NCBI GenBank assembly: GCA_963766075.1
Contig: CAVYAN010000087.1
Span: forward strand, 1 to 31,387
DNA length: 31,387 nt
Direction: 5' to 3'
Origin: an uncultured cyanobacterium
GTDB lineage: Bacteria > Cyanobacteriota > Cyanobacteriia > Leptolyngbyales > Leptolyngbyaceae
Under the pieces are notes generated by a model that saw nothing but the letters and a program-made list of their open reading frames with translations, ran no database searches and was not told where the DNA came from. The position numbers were made by a program, and so were the translations under genes. Each line of letters begins with the position of its first letter. Positions within the stretch are counted from its first letter, which is position 1. Positions 27,657 through 31,387 of the stretch are shown here, piece by piece.

Positions 27657-27676
27657 TTGTGAAAAAAAACTCACAA
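27657..27676. promoter_or_regulatory. Palindrome TTGTGA-N8-TCACAA in a divergent promoter
   Basis: Read directly. CRP-like half-sites but with an 8-nt A-run spacer. Confidence 0.45.
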
Positions 27677-27764
27677 ACGGTGGGGTTGGTGGCTGGGGTT
27701 GCTCTAATGGGAGAATCAAAACGTTCAGCCCATGCATCTCCACCCCAGCCCAGGATGTACCGCC

Positions 27765-29070
27765 ATGAATCAGAGCGACTTTAATGCCATTTTGGATCGG
27801 TTGTCTGCGAAGCAGCGGGATTATCTGCGGGGCTTTTTGCAAGGCAAGGGCGATGCTGAAATTGCCCGTGAATTGGGGGTGCAGCCCGATACGGTCCGCC
27901 ATCACATTACCAATGTGGCGAATCGCTTTGGGTTACGCGAGTCCAGTGGTGAACGCTGCCGTCCGGAGTTGATCGATCTCTTTGCGGAGTTTAAGTCCGA
28001 TTGGGTGGCACCGCAACTGCGCGATCGCTACCGCCTAAATAAGGAAGCGCCGGATACACCGGGCAGTGTGATGGCGGTGGATTCGCCGTTTTACATGGAG
28101 CCAGCGGTGCAGGGCCGCTGCTGGGAAGAGATTCAGAAACCAGGGGCGTTACTGCGGCTGCGATCGCCCCAGCAAATGGGTAAGACTTCCCTACTCCAAC
28201 GGATCTTGGCGAAGACGGAAGACTTGGGCTATCGGCGGGTAGAGTTCAATTTACGCCACGATTTGGATCCATCGGATTTGGTGGGTTTGCCGCAGTTTTG
28301 GACGGGATTTTGTCGGAAGGTGGTGGTGGATTTGGGGCTGGAGGAAAAGTCGCTGCCAACGACGAAACCGGCGTGTACGCGCTACTTTCAGAATCAGATT
28401 TTGCCTGAGATCGCGGCCCCGCTAGTGTTGGCCTTGGATGAAGCGGATGTGCTGTTTGAATATCCTGAGATTGCCAATGACTTTTTCCCGCTATTACGGG
28501 TTTGGCATAATTCCGCGAAAATTCCCGGTAAACAAATCTGGAAGCAACTGCGGCAGGTGATTGTGCATTCGACGGAGGATTACTGCCTGACGGATCAATC
28601 CTGTTCGCCGTTTGCCAATGTGGGGTATGTGGCGAAGCTGTCGCCCTTGAGTGCGGGGCATGGTGTTGGATTTGGCGCGACGGTATGGGCTGAAGTGGAC
28701 CACGATGGTGGAGTGCGATTGCTTAATGGCGATAGTGGGGGGACATCCCTATCTGATTCAGCAGGCGTTGTATTACCTGAAGCAGGGCGAGACTTTGGAG
28801 ACGGTGTTGGCATCTGCGCCAAAGTTGACGGGGATTTATCGCAGCCATTTGCAGGGGCTGTCGGATAAGTTGCAAACGGCGCAGGTGCGGGGGGAAGCGA
28901 GTTTGATGGCGGGGTTGCAGCGGGTGATGGCATCAGACGGGGTGGTGCAACTGACCCAGGAGCAGACCTTTAAGCTGGAGGGCTTGGGGTTGGTGACGCT
29001 GGCGGGCAACCAGGTGCGGCTGAGTTGCGACTTGTATCGAGATTATTTTCAAGCTTGGGGCGATCGCTAA
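27765..29070 (+). pseudogene. LuxR-type HTH plus AAA_35 (STAND-like) NTPase, frameshifted at G4 28655-28658
   Basis: LSAKQRDYL..GKGDAEIARELGVQPDTVRHHITN (HTH); RSPQQMGKTS (Walker A), LALDEAD (Walker B), SPFANVG. Continues in ORF 28651..29070 (GGHPYL, FKLEGLGLV, CDLYRDYF) after removing one G. Confidence 0.85.
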
Positions 29071-30572
29071 TGGAGAGGAATGATCAGATGAAGCGATTCC
29101 ATTTTGATGGTAATTTAGATCCGGATGACTGGAGCTATGTGCATCGTGAGGCTGATGCGGATTTATATGTCGCGATCCGGGCGGGCAAATTTTGCTTTGT
29201 GTTTAATTCGCGACAGATGGGCAAGTCGAGTTTGATGGGGCAGACGATGAAGCGGCTGCTGGCTGCTGGCATCTGTTGTGTGGCGGTGGATTTGACGGGG
29301 ACGACGAGTCCGGTGGTGCGGGAGTGGTACGTGGGCTTGATGAGTGCGTTGCATGATGACTTGTCGCAGTACTTTAGTCAGCCGCTGGTGTTTGAGGATT
29401 GGTTGGCGAGTCATCCCAGTTTGCCGCCGGTGCCGTTGTTTAAGAAGTATCTGAAGGATGTGGTGCTGGGGCGGATTCCCGATCGCCCGATCGTGATTTT
29501 TCTGGATGAGATTGATGCGGTGTTGAAGCTGGGCGAGGCGGCGAGTGATTTCTTTGCGCTGCTGCGGTCTTGCTTTAATCAACGGGCGACGGATGCGGCG
29601 TATCAGCGGTTGACGTTTGCGCTGTTTGGGGTGGCGACTCCAGCGGGGCTGATTCAGGATCGGGCGCGGACGCCGTTCAATATCGGCCAAGGGGTGGCGC
29701 TGGCCGGGTTTGAGTTTGACCGCTCAAGGGTATTGGCGGAGGGTTTGGTGGGGTGTGTGCCCGATGCCGAAGTGATGCTGCAATTGATTCTGGATTGGAC
29801 GGGGGGGCAACCGTTTTTGACCCAGAAGCTGTGCGATTTGGTGCAGCGATTGCCGGAAAATCCTGCGTCGGGACAGGAGGCGGTGTGGTTGGAGCGGTTG
29901 GTGAGATCGCAGATGATTGAGAACTGGCAAGCGCAGGATAATCCACAGCATTTGCGGACGATTCGCGATCGCCTGTTTCTGAAGGAGGAGTGGCGGGGGC
30001 GATTGCTGGGGCTGTATCAGCAGATTTTGCAGACGGGCGAGATTGCGGCGGACAGCAGCGAGGAGCAGACGGAGTTGTGTTTGTCGGGGTTGGTGGTGCG
30101 GCGGGACGAGCGGCTGTGGGTGTACAACCGGATTTATGCGGCGGTGTTTGATCAGGCTTGGGTGGAGCAGGCGTTGGCGCAGGTGCGTCCCTACGCGGAG
30201 CGCTTGCAGCGGTGGTTGCAGTCGGAGAAACAAGATGAGTCACAGTTGCTGCGAGAGCCGGAGCTGGATGAGCAATTGGCAAAAGCAAAGGGCAAGTATT
30301 TGGCGAATGATGATAATCAGTTTTTTGCTGCGAGTCAGGCATACGCAAGAGAACACGAAAGAGTAGAGGCAGAACAGAAAATGCAACAGATTCAAGCCGA
30401 AGAACAAAATGCCATTCAACGATTGGCGAAGACGCAGCGGCGCACCAAGCGGTGGTTAACGGCTGGGGCGGTTGGGTTAGCAATCCTGACGACGGGATTG
30501 GGTGTGGTTGTGAGTCAATCTGTTCGGGATTATGAAAATGCCCGGTTAGCGACGGAGTGGGAACGGCGATAG
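29070..30572 (+). CDS. AAA_35 (STAND-like) NTPase with coiled coil and TM helix, probably C-terminally truncated
   Basis: TAATG overlap with the upstream gene; NSRQMGKSS, IVIFLDEID, RTPFNIG, WTGGQPFLTQKLC and PQHLRTIRDRL motifs; TM WLTAGAVGLAILTTGLGVVV. The stop codon is 3 nt before the IS end. Confidence 0.88.
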   Translation: MERNDQMKRFHFDGNLDPDDWSYVHREADADLYVAIRAGKFCFVFNSRQMGKSSLMGQTMKRLLAAGICCVAVDLTGTTSPVVREWYVGLMSALHDDLSQYFSQPLVFEDWLASHPSLPPVPLFKKYLKDVVLGRIPDRPIVIFLDEIDAVLKLGEAASDFFALLRSCFNQRATDAAYQRLTFALFGVATPAGLIQDRARTPFNIGQGVALAGFEFDRSRVLAEGLVGCVPDAEVMLQLILDWTGGQPFLTQKLCDLVQRLPENPASGQEAVWLERLVRSQMIENWQAQDNPQHLRTIRDRLFLKEEWRGRLLGLYQQILQTGEIAADSSEEQTELCLSGLVVRRDERLWVYNRIYAAVFDQAWVEQALAQVRPYAERLQRWLQSEKQDESQLLREPELDEQLAKAKGKYLANDDNQFFAASQAYAREHERVEAEQKMQQIQAEEQNAIQRLAKTQRRTKRWLTAGAVGLAILTTGLGVVVSQSVRDYENARLATEWERR

Positions 30573-30575
30573 GGT

Positions 30576-31387
30576 GGGAGCATCTCACCTTTGCAATGAG
30601 CATAAATGCTTAGTGATAATTTCATCGAAATACGACAAAATTGAGTCACTGATTTGAGGCTTTGCCGCCATGACGCCTGAAGAATTACAAAAAATAGAAT
30701 ACCATGCCAACCAAATTGCCCAAATTCTCTATTCTGATACGGATCCGAAAGTGATTCAGACCTTGGGGGATATTGAAACTACCGTTCGTCAGCAAATCCT
30801 GCAGCATGTCAGCCCTCCTATCGGTGTTTTTTTGTCAAAAATGCCACCGAAATCGAAACGGGAAGAAAGCGAAACATCAAAACAACAATCGGGAATCTTG
30901 AAATCACGGAACGTCAAGCCCAACACCTCAATGTAAAACCCTATACTCAAATCAGTGAGCACTTAGAAAACTGCTGTCTACTCGTGAGTGCAAATAGCTC
31001 TTATGCACGTTCACAAGAAGATTTAGCAATTCTAATGGGAATAGATATTTCTCATAGTACTCATCATAGATTAGTGCATCGTCAGGAATTTAAGGGAATC
31101 ATTTCTGAAACCACTATTGAATCAATGAGTTTAGATGGCGGAAAAGCTAGAATCCGCACCCCCAAGGGTGAAGTGTCTATTTACAAAGATTACAAAGCCG
31201 TGGTTTTAGAAGGTCAAGGGATTGGGGGATATTTCCAAAAAAATGAGGCGTTGATTGATTGGGTCAATAGCCAACCCTTAGCCACCACGGTTTCCTGTTT
31301 AGGCGATGGGCATGATGGGATTTGGAATTTGTATTTCGTGCGGTGGCGGTTCCAGAACAGCGGCGTGAAATTCTGGATTGGTACCAT
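30576..31387 (+). mobile_element. ISKra4-like insertion sequence, left part (runs off the window)
   Basis: Putative left IR GGGAGCATCTCACCTTTGCAA, abrupt shift to AT-rich composition, and a transposase ORF. Confidence 0.85.
30670..31387 (+). CDS. ISKra4-family transposase (partial), -1 frameshift at T7 30827-30833
   Basis: MTPEELQKIE..IETTVRQQILQHVSP, then in the -1 frame LENCCLLVSANSSY, SLDGGKARIRTPKG, DYKA and CLGDGHDGIWN; after a further shift near 31332, EQRREILDWYH. Confidence 0.85.

Larger units (their letters stand above)
1..30000. repeat. HIP1 octamer GCGATCGC dispersed throughout
   Basis: Many copies, e.g. near 1521, 1950, 5179, 5512, 7250, 9824, 9845, 11223, 15326, 18191, 24097, 28021 and 29060. 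I saw none in the IS. Confidence 0.9.

Noticed and set aside
29163..30603. Long antisense ORFs (308, 175 and 169 aa)
   Set aside because: Pro/His/Arg-rich shadows of the G/T-skewed AAA_35 gene on the opposite strand.

Overview
This is a cyanobacterial chromosomal window, judged from abundant HIP1 (GCGATCGC) octamers, an NtcA-type box and cyanobacteria-typical gene families. The left half is mostly housekeeping and envelope genes: PrxQ/BCP, a DUF4344 metallopeptidase, a C39-like peptidase, a peptide ABC binding protein, DUF2470, DUF4230, aroA, an orphan sensor kinase and two NatG/NatH-like permeases. Its intergenic spacers contain a ~143-bp MITE family (25-bp TIRs, TTA/TAA target) built from REP-like hairpins with nested ~20-nt mini-inserts. 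The right half is accessory and has three parts. (i) A probable operon of an FkbH-carrier protein-atypical thioesterase fusion followed by RppA/RppB (NrsR/NrsS-like), preceded by an 11-bp-period GTTTCAT direct-repeat operator; this is the best candidate for an undescribed system. (ii) A TPS/haemagglutinin-CHAT protease gene and DUF3352. (iii) A divergent NTPase locus (small beta-rich protein plus lectin-like-SpoVK/CbbX AAA+, facing LuxR-HTH-AAA_35 plus AAA_35-TM) that ends at an ISKra4-like element running off the window. Five small frameshifts in the right half may be assembly indels or real decay. All family calls come from motif recognition; no database search was run.
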